A stretch of 64,000 nt of DNA from Escherichia coli (GTDB taxonomy: Bacteria > Pseudomonadota > Gammaproteobacteria > Enterobacterales > Enterobacteriaceae). The notes beneath the pieces were generated by a model. It was given only the letters and a program-made list of their open reading frames with translations. It was not told the DNA's origin and made no database searches. This document shows positions 23,736 to 35,646 of the stretch, in pieces. The stretch lies in the NCBI RefSeq assembly GCF_003334815.1, contig NZ_QOWO01000006.1, one strand, 5' to 3'. Numbering within the stretch: position 1 is the stretch's first letter; the number at the start of each line of letters is the position of its first letter. The position numbers and the translations under genes are program-made.

Positions 23736-24962
23736 ATGGGAATTAACGAAATCATCATGTACATCATGATGTTCTTTATGCTGATAGCTGCCGTAGACAG
23801 GATCCTGTCGCAGTTCGGCGGTTCTGCTCGTTTCCTCGGTAAGTTCGGTAAAAGTATCGAAGGATCAGGCGGTCAGTTCGAAGAAGGCTTTATGGCAATG
23901 GGCGCACTGGGCCTGGCGATGGTCGGTATGACCGCGCTGGCACCGGTACTGGCTCACGTTCTCGGGCCGGTAATTATTCCGGTTTACGAAATGCTCGGCG
24001 CTAACCCATCGATGTTCGCCGGAACACTGCTGGCGTGCGATATGGGCGGCTTCTTCCTCGCCAAAGAGCTGGCGGGCGGCGACGTAGCCGCGTGGCTATA
24101 CTCTGGGTTAATTCTCGGGTCGATGATGGGGCCAACGATTGTGTTTTCCATTCCGGTGGCGCTCGGCATTATCGAACCTTCTGACCGTCGTTATCTGGCG
24201 CTCGGCGTGCTGGCGGGCATTGTGACCATTCCGATTGGTTGTATCGCTGGTGGTCTGGTTGCTATGTACTCCGGTGTGCAGATCAACGGCCAGCCGGTGG
24301 AATTCACTTTCGCCCTGATCCTGATGAACATGATCCCGGTGATCATTGTTGCGATTCTGGTGGCGCTGGGGCTGAAATTCATCCCGGAAAAAATGATCAA
24401 CGGCTTCCAGATCTTCGCCAAATTCCTCGTTGCATTGATCACCCTCGGTCTTGCCGCTGCGGTAGTGAAATTCCTGCTTGGCTGGGAACTGATCCCCGGT
24501 CTGGATCCTATCTTTATGGCCCCTGGCGATAAACCCGGTGAGGTGATGCGCGCCATTGAAGTTATCGGTTCTATCTCCTGCGTTCTGTTAGGGGCGTATC
24601 CGATGGTGCTGCTGCTGACTCGCTGGTTTGAAAAACCGCTGATGAGCGTCGGTAAAGTACTGAATATGAACAACATCGCGGCAGCCGGCATGGTGGCAAC
24701 GCTTGCCAACAACATCCCGATGTTCGGCATGATGAAGCAGATGGATACCCGCGGCAAAGTCATCAACTGCGCCTTCGCCGTTTCCGCTGCTTTCGCCCTG
24801 GGCGACCACTTAGGCTTCGCCGCTGCCAACATGAACGCCATGATCTTCCCGATGATTGTCGGCAAGTTGATCGGCGGCGTAACGGCGATTGGCGTGGCGA
24901 TGATGCTGGTGCCAAAAGAAGACGCGACCGCGACTAAAACCGAAGCGGAGGCACAATCGTGA
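23736..24962 (+). CDS. eutH: EutH ethanolamine permease
   Basis: Polytopic membrane protein; operon position. Confidence 0.93.
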   Translation: MGINEIIMYIMMFFMLIAAVDRILSQFGGSARFLGKFGKSIEGSGGQFEEGFMAMGALGLAMVGMTALAPVLAHVLGPVIIPVYEMLGANPSMFAGTLLACDMGGFFLAKELAGGDVAAWLYSGLILGSMMGPTIVFSIPVALGIIEPSDRRYLALGVLAGIVTIPIGCIAGGLVAMYSGVQINGQPVEFTFALILMNMIPVIIVAILVALGLKFIPEKMINGFQIFAKFLVALITLGLAAAVVKFLLGWELIPGLDPIFMAPGDKPGEVMRAIEVIGSISCVLLGAYPMVLLLTRWFEKPLMSVGKVLNMNNIAAAGMVATLANNIPMFGMMKQMDTRGKVINCAFAVSAAFALGDHLGFAAANMNAMIFPMIVGKLIGGVTAIGVAMMLVPKEDATATKTEAEAQS

Positions 24963-26362
24963 ACACTCGCCAGCTATTGAGCGTCGGTATCGATATCGGC
25001 ACCACCACCACCCAGGTGATTTTCTCCCGGCTGGAGCTGGTTAACCGTGCGGCGGTGTCGCAGGTGCCGCGCTACGAATTCATTAAACGCGAAATTAGCT
25101 GGCAAAGTCCGGTGTTCTTTACCCCTGTCGATAAACAGGGCGGTTTAAAAGAAGCGGAACTGAAAACCTTAATACTCGAGCAATATCATGCTGCGGGTAT
25201 TGAGCCGGAAAGCGTTGATTCTGGTGCCATCATCATCACCGGTGAAAGCGCGAAAACCCGCAATGCTCGCCCGGCGGTGATGGCGCTCTCTCAGTCGCTG
25301 GGCGATTTTGTCGTTGCCAGCGCCGGGCCGCACCTCGAATCCGTGATCGCCGGTCACGGAGCCGGGGCACAAACCCTTTCTGAACAACGGCTGTGTCGGG
25401 TACTGAATATCGACATCGGCGGTGGCACCGCGAACTACGCCCTGTTCGATGCCGGAAAAATCAGCGGCACTGCCTGCCTCAACGTCGGTGGTCGCCTGCT
25501 GGAAACCGACAGCCACGGGCGCGTGGTTTACGCTCATAAACCGGGGCAGATGATTGTGGATGAGTGCTTCGGTGCAGGCACCGACGCCCGTTCGCTGACC
25601 GGCGCGCAGCTGGTGCAGGTGACCCGGCGGATGGCAGAACTGATTGTCGAAGTGATTGACGGAACGCTCTCACCGCTCGCGCAGGCATTGATGCAAACCG
25701 GTTTGCTGCCCGCAGGTGTTACGCCCGAAATCATTACGCTTTCTGGCGGCGTGGGCGAATGTTATCGCCACCAGCCCGCCGACCCGTTCTGTTTTGCCGA
25801 TATTGGCCCGCTGCTGGCAACTGCGCTGCATGACCATCCGCGCCTGCGTGAGATGAACGTACAGTTTCCGGCGCAAACCGTGCGCGCCACGGTGATTGGC
25901 GCGGGCGCGCATACCCTTTCGCTCTCTGGCAGCACAATCTGGCTTGAGGGCGTACAACTGCCGCTGCGCAATTTGCCGGTGGCGATCCCGATTGATGAAA
26001 CGGATCTGGTGGGGGCCTGGCAACAGGCGCTGATTCAGCTGGATCTTGATCCCAAAACTGACGCGTACGTGCTGGCGCTTCCCGCCTCGCTGCCTGTGCG
26101 TTACGCCGCGGTACTGACGGTCATCAACGCGTTGGTCGATTTCGTCGCGCGTTTTCCGAATCCGCATCCCCTGCTGGTGGTGGCCGGGCAGGACTTTGGT
26201 AAAGCTCTGGGCATGTTGTTGCGCCCACAGCTACAACAACTCCCGTTGGCAGTCATTGACGAAGTGATTGTCCGCGCGGGGGACTATATCGACATTGGTA
26301 CGCCTCTTTTTGGCGGATCGGTTGTGCCGGTGACGGTGAAATCACTCGCATTTCCTTCCTGA
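24959..26362 (+). CDS. eutA: EutA ethanolamine ammonia-lyase reactivase (GTG start)
   Basis: MNTRQLLSVGIDIGTTTTQVIFSRL. Confidence 0.93.
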   Translation: MNTRQLLSVGIDIGTTTTQVIFSRLELVNRAAVSQVPRYEFIKREISWQSPVFFTPVDKQGGLKEAELKTLILEQYHAAGIEPESVDSGAIIITGESAKTRNARPAVMALSQSLGDFVVASAGPHLESVIAGHGAGAQTLSEQRLCRVLNIDIGGGTANYALFDAGKISGTACLNVGGRLLETDSHGRVVYAHKPGQMIVDECFGAGTDARSLTGAQLVQVTRRMAELIVEVIDGTLSPLAQALMQTGLLPAGVTPEIITLSGGVGECYRHQPADPFCFADIGPLLATALHDHPRLREMNVQFPAQTVRATVIGAGAHTLSLSGSTIWLEGVQLPLRNLPVAIPIDETDLVGAWQQALIQLDLDPKTDAYVLALPASLPVRYAAVLTVINALVDFVARFPNPHPLLVVAGQDFGKALGMLLRPQLQQLPLAVIDEVIVRAGDYIDIGTPLFGGSVVPVTVKSLAFPS

Positions 26363-26373
26363 GGGAACGACTT

Positions 26374-27735
26374 ATGAAACTAAAGACCACATTGTTCGGC
26401 AATGTATATCAGTTTAAGGATGTAAAAGAGGTGCTGGCTAAAGCCAACGAACTGCGTTCGGGGGATGTGCTGGCGGGCGTCGCAGCGGCAAGCTCACAGG
26501 AGCGCGTGGCGGCAAAGCAGGTGTTGTCGGAAATGACCGTAGCGGACATCCGCAATAATCCGGTGATTGCCTATGAAGATGACTGCGTGACGCGGCTGAT
26601 TCAGGACGATGTTAACGAAACGGCCTACAACCAGATTAAAAACTGGAGCATCAGCGAACTGCGTGAGTATGTGCTGAGCGATGAAACCAGCGTGGACGAC
26701 ATTGCCTTTACCCGCAAAGGGCTGACCTCGGAAGTGGTCGCGGCGGTAGCGAAGATTTGCTCCAACGCGGACCTGATCTACGGCGCGAAGAAAATGCCGG
26801 TAATCAAAAAGGCCAATACCACCATCGGTATTCCGGGCACCTTTAGCGCCCGTTTGCAGCCAAATGACACCCGTGACGACGTGCAAAGTATCGCCGCGCA
26901 AATCTACGAAGGGCTTTCCTTCGGGGTGGGCGATGCGGTGATCGGCGTTAACCCGGTGACTGACGACGTGGAAAACTTAAGCCGCGTGTTGGATACCATC
27001 TATGGCGTGATCGACAAATTCAACATCCCAACTCAGGGCTGTGTACTGGCGCACGTCACCACCCAGATCGAAGCGATCCGTCGTGGCGCACCGGGCGGGC
27101 TGATTTTCCAGAGTATCTGTGGCAGCGAAAAAGGGCTGAAAGAGTTTGGCGTGGAGCTGGCGATGCTCGACGAAGCGCGCGCAGTGGGCGCGGAGTTCAA
27201 CCGTATCGCCGGGGAAAACTGCCTCTACTTCGAAACCGGACAAGGCTCTGCGCTATCCGCTGGCGCTAACTTCGGCGCAGACCAGGTAACGATGGAAGCA
27301 CGTAACTACGGGCTGGCGCGTCATTACGATCCGTTTATCGTCAACACCGTGGTCGGCTTTATTGGGCCGGAGTATCTCTACAACGACCGCCAGATTATCC
27401 GTGCTGGCTTAGAAGATCACTTTATGGGCAAGCTGAGCGGCATCTCTATGGGCTGTGACTGCTGTTATACCAACCACGCTGACGCTGACCAGAACCTCAA
27501 CGAAAACCTGATGATCCTGCTCGCCACCGCAGGCTGCAACTACATCATGGGGATGCCGCTGGGTGATGACATCATGCTCAACTACCAGACCACCGCATTC
27601 CACGATACCGCCACTGTGCGTCAGTTACTCAACCTGCGCCCGTCACCGGAGTTTGAACGCTGGCTGGAAAGCATGGGCATTATGGCAAACGGTCGCCTGA
27701 CCAAACGGGCGGGCGATCCGTCACTGTTCTTCTGA
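26374..27735 (+). CDS. eutB: EutB ethanolamine ammonia-lyase large subunit
   Basis: MKLKTTLFGNVYQFKDVKEVLAKANELRSGD; begins 12 bp after the eutA stop. Confidence 0.96.
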   Translation: MKLKTTLFGNVYQFKDVKEVLAKANELRSGDVLAGVAAASSQERVAAKQVLSEMTVADIRNNPVIAYEDDCVTRLIQDDVNETAYNQIKNWSISELREYVLSDETSVDDIAFTRKGLTSEVVAAVAKICSNADLIYGAKKMPVIKKANTTIGIPGTFSARLQPNDTRDDVQSIAAQIYEGLSFGVGDAVIGVNPVTDDVENLSRVLDTIYGVIDKFNIPTQGCVLAHVTTQIEAIRRGAPGGLIFQSICGSEKGLKEFGVELAMLDEARAVGAEFNRIAGENCLYFETGQGSALSAGANFGADQVTMEARNYGLARHYDPFIVNTVVGFIGPEYLYNDRQIIRAGLEDHFMGKLSGISMGCDCCYTNHADADQNLNENLMILLATAGCNYIMGMPLGDDIMLNYQTTAFHDTATVRQLLNLRPSPEFERWLESMGIMANGRLTKRAGDPSLFF

Positions 27736-27755
27736 TGACGCGGAGATAACATATC

Positions 27756-28643
27756 ATGGATCAAAAACAGATTGAAGAAATTGTACGCAGCGTGATGGCG
27801 TCAATGGGACAAGCGGCCCCCGCGCCGTCAGAAGCAAAGTGCGCCACCACCAACTGTGCGGCACCGGTGACCTCGGAAAGCTGTGCGCTGGATTTAGGTT
27901 CCGCTGAAGCAAAAGCGTGGATTGGTGTTGAAAATCCGCATCGCGCAGACGTATTAACAGAACTGCGCCGCAGCACCGTGGCCCGCGTTTGTACCGGTCG
28001 TGCCGGTCCGCGTCCACGTACGCAGGCGCTGCTGCGTTTCCTGGCCGATCACTCTCGTTCGAAAGATACCGTACTGAAAGAAGTGCCGGAAGAGTGGGTG
28101 AAAGCGCAGGGCTTGCTGGAAGTACGCTCTGAAATTAGCGACAAAAATCTCTACCTGACTCGCCCGGATATGGGCCGCCGCCTGTGTGCAGAAGCTGTTG
28201 AAGCGCTGAAAGCGCAGTGTGTTGCCAATCCGGACGTACAGGTCGTTATTTCTGATGGCCTGTCAACTGATGCGATCACCGTGAACTACGAAGAGATCCT
28301 GCCACCGCTGATGGCGGGCCTGAAACAGGCCGGGCTGAAAGTCGGTACACCATTCTTTGTTCGTTATGGTCGCGTGAAGATTGAAGATCAGATCGGTGAG
28401 ATCCTCGGCGCGAAAGTAGTGATCCTGCTGGTGGGCGAACGTCCGGGGTTGGGTCAGTCAGAAAGCCTCTCCTGCTACGCCGTTTACTCGCCGCGTATGG
28501 CGACCACCGTTGAGGCCGATCGCACCTGTATCTCTAACATTCACCAGGGCGGCACGCCGCCGGTTGAAGCCGCAGCCGTCATTGTGGATTTGGCGAAACG
28601 TATGCTGGAGCAGAAAGCATCCGGCATCAACATGACCCGATAA
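27756..28643 (+). CDS. eutC: EutC ethanolamine ammonia-lyase small subunit
   Basis: Sequence and operon position. Confidence 0.95.
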
Positions 28644-28652
28644 GGAGGCATC

Positions 28653-29312
28653 ATGCCAGCTTTAGATTTGATTCGACCGTCTGTCACCGCTATGCGGGTG
28701 ATTGCCTCCGTTAACGCCGATTTTGCGCGTGAACTGAAATTGCCGCCGCATATTCGTAGCCTCGGTCTGATTTCTGCCGACTCCGATGACGTCACCTACA
28801 TTGCCGCTGATGAAGCGACCAAGCAGGCGATGGTGGAAGTGGTGTATGGCCGCTCGCTATATGCGGGCGCTGCACACGGCCCGTCACCGACTGCCGGTGA
28901 AGTGCTGATTATGCTTGGTGGGCCAAACCCGGCGGAAGTGCGTGCAGGTCTGGATGCGATGATTGCGCATATTGAAAATGGCGCAGCTTTCCAGTGGGCT
29001 AATGACGCGCAAGATACGGCATTCCTGGCACATGTAGTTTCGCGTACCGGTTCTTATCTCTCATCAACCGCCGGGATCACGCTTGGCGATCCGATGGCGT
29101 ATCTGGTGGCACCGCCGCTGGAAGCGACCTATGGCATTGATGCAGCCCTGAAGTCTGCCGACGTACAGCTGGCGACCTATGTCCCGCCACCGTCTGAAAC
29201 CAACTACTCGGCAGCATTTTTAACCGGTAGCCAGGCAGCGTGTAAAGCAGCCTGTAACGCCTTTACCGATGCAGTGCTGGAAATCGCGCGTAATCCAATC
29301 CAGCGTGCGTAA
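28653..29312 (+). CDS. eutL: EutL BMC shell protein (tandem BMC domain)
   Basis: Sequence and operon position. Confidence 0.93.
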   Translation: MPALDLIRPSVTAMRVIASVNADFARELKLPPHIRSLGLISADSDDVTYIAADEATKQAMVEVVYGRSLYAGAAHGPSPTAGEVLIMLGGPNPAEVRAGLDAMIAHIENGAAFQWANDAQDTAFLAHVVSRTGSYLSSTAGITLGDPMAYLVAPPLEATYGIDAALKSADVQLATYVPPPSETNYSAAFLTGSQAACKAACNAFTDAVLEIARNPIQRA

Positions 29313-29324
29313 CGGAGGTTGCCG

Positions 29325-29825
29325 ATGATCAATGCACTGGGATTGCTGGAAGTGGACGGCATGGTCGCCGCGATAGATGCAGCGGATGCCATGCTCAAAG
29401 CAGCTAACGTTCGTCTGCTCAGTCACGAAGTGCTTGACCCTGGTCGCTTAACGCTGGTGGTGGAAGGCGATCTGGCGGCGTGTCGTGCGGCGCTGGACGC
29501 AGGTTGTGCTGCCGCGATGCGTACCGGGCGTGTCATCAGCCGCAAGGAGATCGGTCGGCCAGACGATGACACCCAGTGGCTGGTTACTGGCTTTAACCGC
29601 CAGCCGAAGCAACCCGTAAGGGAACCCGACGCGCCAGTTATCGTCGCGGAATCTGCTGACGAGTTGTTGGCGCTGTTAACATCAGTACGTCAGGGAATGA
29701 CGGCAGGAGAAGTGGCTGCCCACTTTGGCTGGCCGCTGGAAAAAGCCAGAAATGCGCTCGAACAGCTCTTTTCTGCCGGGACGTTACGTAAACGCAGTAG
29801 TCGTTATCGTCTCAAGCCCCATTAA
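29325..29825 (+). CDS. eutK: EutK BMC shell protein with C-terminal helix-turn-helix-like domain (166 aa)
   Basis: ATG at 29325 (MINALGLLEVDGMVAAIDA) preceded by GGAGG; the track ORF begins two codons upstream at a TTG. Confidence 0.9.
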   Translation: MINALGLLEVDGMVAAIDAADAMLKAANVRLLSHEVLDPGRLTLVVEGDLAACRAALDAGCAAAMRTGRVISRKEIGRPDDDTQWLVTGFNRQPKQPVREPDAPVIVAESADELLALLTSVRQGMTAGEVAAHFGWPLEKARNALEQLFSAGTLRKRSSRYRLKPH

Positions 29826-29870
29826 CCTGTCGGAGGTGCCGGGTGTCCTACAACACCCGGCATTAACATC

Positions 29871-30923
29871 ATGAAAAAGACCCGTACAGCCAATTTGCAC
29901 CATCTTTATCATGAACCCTTACCCGAAAACCTGAAGCTCACGCCGAAGGTCGAAGTGGATAATGTTCATCAACGACAGACAACGGATGTCTATGAACATG
30001 CTTTAACGATTACCGCCTGGCAGCAGATTTACGATCAGCTGCATCCGGGCAAGTTTCATGGTGAATTTACGGAAATTCTACTCGATGATATTCAGGTTTT
30101 TCGTGAATACACCGGTCTGGCGCTGCGTCAGTCGTGCCTGGTCTGGCCGAACTCGTTCTGGTTTGGCATTCCGGCGACGCGCGGTGAGCAGGGATTTATC
30201 GGTTCGCAATGTCTGGGAAGCGCGGAAATCGCCACCCGCCCTGGTGGCACTGAATTTGAACTGAGCACGCCGGATGATTACACGATCCTGGGCGTGGTGC
30301 TTTCTGAAGATGTCATCACCCGGCAGGCTAACTTTTTGCATAACCCGGATCGGGTATTACATATGTTGCGTAACCAGTCGGCGCTGGAAGTGAAAGAGCA
30401 GCATAAAGCCGCGCTGTGGGGCTTTGTCCAACAGGCGCTGGCGACGTTTTGCGAGAATCCGGAAAATCTCCATCAGCCTGCAGTGCGAAAAGTGCTGGGG
30501 GATAATTTGCTAATGGCGATGGGGGCCATGCTGGAAGAAGCGCAACCAATGGTGACGGCGGAAAGCATCAGTCATCAGAGTTACCGTCGATTGCTTTCCC
30601 GCGCCCGTGAATATGTGCTGGAAAACATGTCCGAACCGGTGACGGTGCTGGATTTGTGTAATCAACTGCATGTCAGCCGCCGCACGCTACAAAACGCGTT
30701 TCACGCTATTTTAGGCATTGGCCCGAACGCGTGGCTGAAACGCATTCGCCTGAACGCCGTACGCCGCGAACTGATAAGTCCGTGGTCGCAAAGTATGACG
30801 GTAAAAGACGCCGCCATGCAGTGGGGATTCTGGCATCTGGGGCAATTTGCCACGGATTACCAGCAGCTGTTTTCCGAGAAGCCGTCACTGACGCTGCATC
30901 AGCGGATGCGGGAGTGGGGGTGA
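29871..30923 (+). CDS. eutR: EutR AraC-family activator of the eut operon
   Basis: C-terminal AraC-type HTH; last gene of the operon. Confidence 0.93.
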
Positions 30924-30928
30924 GGGAG

Positions 30929-31831
<903 letters not shown>

Positions 31832-32701
31832 TTATCGCTTTTTCGAATGTGCTTTCTGGTTGTCGAACCAGTGGAAATAACTGATCACGCCTTCAGCAAT
31901 CGCTGTGGCGATTTTCTGACGAAACGCCGCCGTGCCTAACAGCCGTTCTTCTTCCGGGTTGGTGATAAACGAGGTTTCCACCAGCACCGAAGGAACCGAC
32001 GGTGATTTCAACACCACAAATGCCGCTTGTTCGGTGTTGCGGCTGTGCAGTTTATGCACCGGCTTAATCTTCTTCAGAATATGCGAGCCGAGCGTCAGAC
32101 TATTTTTAATGGTATCTGTTTGCACCAGATCAAACAGCACTTGTTGCAATAGGTGATCCTTGTCAGTCGTCTTTTTACCGGCAACTTCATCGGCGCGGTT
32201 TTCGCGTTCAGACAGGTATTTCGCCATTGCGCTACTTGCCCCACGGTTAGAGAGGGCAAATACCGAAGCACCGGCAGCTTTCGGGTTGGTAAAGCCATCG
32301 GCATGAATTGACATAAACAGATCTGCGCCATGTTTATGGGCGATTTCAACGCGATCGTAAAGTGGGATAAACGTATCGCCAGAACGCGTTAAACGCGCAT
32401 CAATCCCATGATTACGCAAAATGGAACGGACGTTTTTAGCAATCGCCAGCACCACATGTTTTTCTTTCGAACCGTTGCGTCCGATCGCTCCGGTATCAAT
32501 TCCGCCGTGACCTGGATCGAGAACAACGACACGTTTGCCGCCAGATTTTTTGGCTTTCGGCTTGCTGTGTCCGTTGCTGGTTTTTAAAAGTTCGTCTTTG
32601 GCGATGGCTTGCGACATTCCTGACAACGTCAGGGCAGCCAAACCGGCTTTCAGCACCTGGCGGCGCGAAGTGAGTGTTTTTAGTGGTTTAAAAGTGCTCA
32701 T
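31832..32701 (-). CDS. amiA: N-acetylmuramoyl-L-alanine amidase AmiA (Tat signal peptide)
   Basis: N-terminal RRQVLKAG twin-arginine motif; Amidase_3 domain. Confidence 0.95.
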   Translation of the reverse strand: MSTFKPLKTLTSRRQVLKAGLAALTLSGMSQAIAKDELLKTSNGHSKPKAKKSGGKRVVVLDPGHGGIDTGAIGRNGSKEKHVVLAIAKNVRSILRNHGIDARLTRSGDTFIPLYDRVEIAHKHGADLFMSIHADGFTNPKAAGASVFALSNRGASSAMAKYLSERENRADEVAGKKTTDKDHLLQQVLFDLVQTDTIKNSLTLGSHILKKIKPVHKLHSRNTEQAAFVVLKSPSVPSVLVETSFITNPEEERLLGTAAFRQKIATAIAEGVISYFHWFDNQKAHSKKR

Positions 32702-32914
32702 ACGGCCTGAGTTGTAATAATAAAGTTCCAGATGTTATATCGTATCGCGTAATCCGTTACGACGGTTTGCTGTTGAGAATTGTTTTACTTTTCATTTCAA
32801 TAGTTGACAACTCCCCATTATGCCACTTTTTCAACCGATTTTCGTCAGATATTGGCTAATTCGACCGTTCACGCCATAATCAGCCTTTTAACCCGCAAAA
32901 AGGTAACGAATACC

Positions 32915-33340
32915 ATGGAGATACGCGTATTTCGCCAGGAAGATTTCGAAGAGGTCATCACCCTTTGGGAGCGTTGCGACTTGCTGCGTCCGTGGAACGA
33001 TCCGGAAATGGACATCGAGCGTAAGATGAACCATGACGTCAGTTTGTTTTTGGTCGCTGAGGTAAACGGTGACGTGGTCGGAACGGTGATGGGCGGTTAT
33101 GACGGGCATCGCGGGTCTGCTTATTATCTTGGCGTGCATCCAGAGTTTCGTGGGCGTGGGATTGCCAATGCGTTGCTTAATCGGCTGGAGAAAAAGCTGA
33201 TTGCTCGTGGCTGCCCGAAAATTCAGATCAATGTGCCGGAAGATAACGACATGGTGCTCGGAATGTATGAACGCCTGGGATATGAACACGCCGACGTGCT
33301 GAGTCTGGGTAAGCGTTTGATTGAAGATGAAGAGTACTGA
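32915..33340 (+). CDS. ypeA: GNAT-family acetyltransferase YpeA (141 aa)
   Basis: Track ORF trimmed to the ATG at 32915 ([14 protein letters not shown]); GNAT motif [10 protein letters not shown]. Confidence 0.88.
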   Translation: MEIRVFRQEDFEEVITLWERCDLLRPWNDPEMDIERKMNHDVSLFLVAEVNGDVVGTVMGGYDGHRGSAYYLGVHPEFRGRGIANALLNRLEKKLIARGCPKIQINVPEDNDMVLGMYERLGYEHADVLSLGKRLIEDEEY

Positions 33341-33776
33341 GTTTCATCCTGTCCATTATGATGCGCACGGTCGCCTGCGTTTACCCTTGCTCTTCTGGCT
33401 TGTGCTATTGCTTCAGGCGCGAACCTGGGTGCTGTTTGTCATTGCCGGTGCGTCGCGCGAGCAGGGTACTGCGCTGCTAAATCTGTTTTATCCCGATCAC
33501 GATAATTTCTGGCTGGGGCTGATTCCTGGCATTCCGGCGGTGCTGGCGTTTTTGTTGAGCGGTCGGCGGGCTACGTTTCCTCGCACCTGGCGTGTACTCT
33601 ATTTTCTGTTGCTGTTGGCGCAGGTGGTTTTACTTTGCTGGCAACCGTGGCTGTGGCTGAACGGTGAATCCGTTAGCGGTATCGGTCTGGCGCTGGTAGT
33701 GGCGGATATTGTGGCGTTAATCTGGCTGCTGACCAATCGACGTTTACGCGCTTGTTTTAATGAAGTAAAAGAATAA
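33327..33776 (+). CDS. yfeZ: Inner-membrane protein YfeZ (149 aa)
   Basis: ATG at 33327 ([11 protein letters not shown]); overlaps the ypeA 3' end by 14 nt; hydrophobic helices. Confidence 0.82.
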   Translation: MKSTEFHPVHYDAHGRLRLPLLFWLVLLLQARTWVLFVIAGASREQGTALLNLFYPDHDNFWLGLIPGIPAVLAFLLSGRRATFPRTWRVLYFLLLLAQVVLLCWQPWLWLNGESVSGIGLALVVADIVALIWLLTNRRLRACFNEVKE

Positions 33777-33836
33777 CGGCACTTTTTGGTGAATTTGCAC
33801 TCCAAGCAACGTTATTGAATAACCAAAGGAAGTGAC

Positions 33837-34412
33837 ATGAAATCGCTGCGTTTAATGTTATGCGCTATGCCATTGATGCTGACCGGCTGTTCCACGATGT
33901 CGTCAGTTAACTGGTCTGCCGCTAACCCGTGGAACTGGTTTGGGTCGTCCACCAAAGTGAGCGAGCAGGGCGTGGGTGAATTAACGGCGTCCACACCACT
34001 GCAAGAACAAGCTATTGCCGATGCGCTTGATGGCGATTATCGCCTGCGCAGCGGAATGAAAACCGCGAACGGCAACGTGGTGCGCTTTTTTGAAGTGATG
34101 AAGGGCGACAACGTGGCGATGGTGATTAACGGCGATCAAGGCACGATCAGTCGCATTGACGTGCTGGATAGCGATATTCCTGCTGACACCGGTGTTAAAA
34201 TCGGTACACCGTTTAGCGACCTTTACAGCAAAGCATTTGGCAATTGCCAAAAAGCTGATGGTGATGATAATCGTGCCGTCGAATGTAAAGCCGAAGGCAG
34301 TCAACATATTAGCTACCAGTTCAGCGGGGAATGGCGTGGTCCTGAAGGGTTAATGCCTTCGGACGATACCCTGAAAAACTGGAAAGTCAGTAAAATTATC
34401 TGGCGGCGTTAA
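33837..34412 (+). CDS. yfeY: Lipoprotein YfeY (DUF1131)
   Basis: Lipobox LTGC after signal peptide. Confidence 0.88.
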   Translation: MKSLRLMLCAMPLMLTGCSTMSSVNWSAANPWNWFGSSTKVSEQGVGELTASTPLQEQAIADALDGDYRLRSGMKTANGNVVRFFEVMKGDNVAMVINGDQGTISRIDVLDSDIPADTGVKIGTPFSDLYSKAFGNCQKADGDDNRAVECKAEGSQHISYQFSGEWRGPEGLMPSDDTLKNWKVSKIIWRR

Positions 34413-34423
34413 TTTGCGTCTGA

Positions 34424-35407
<984 letters not shown>

Positions 35408-35430
35408 GCGTTTCTGATTCATTGATTAAA

Positions 35431-35460
35431 GGCCAGGCAGTAACATTACTGACTGGCCTC
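35431..35460 (+). terminator. yfeX-proximal terminator hairpin, first copy of a duplicated hairpin (no T-run)
   Basis: 28-nt near-perfect hairpin GGCCAGGCAGTAAC/ATTACTGACTGGCC 24 bp after the yfeX stop; a second copy at 35613-35640 carries the TTTTT tract. Confidence 0.5.
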
Positions 35461-35489
35461 AGATTGTTGACCAAGTGCGCGTTGTACAC

Positions 35490-35605
35490 GCCGGATGCGG
35501 CGTGAACGCCTTATCCGGCCTACGAAATCGTGCTAATTCAATATATTGTGGGCTCCACGTAGGCCTGATAAGCGTAGCGCATCAGGCAGTTTTGCGTTTG
35601 TCAGC
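35490..35605. repeat. BIME (REP - linker - inverted REP) between yfeX and yfeW
   Basis: GCCGGATGCGGCGTGAACGCCTTATCCGGCCTAC ... GTAGGCCTGATAAGCGTAGCGCATCAGGC. Confidence 0.85.
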
Positions 35606-35646
35606 ACTCTCAGACCAGCCAGTAACATTACTGACTGGCCTTTTTA

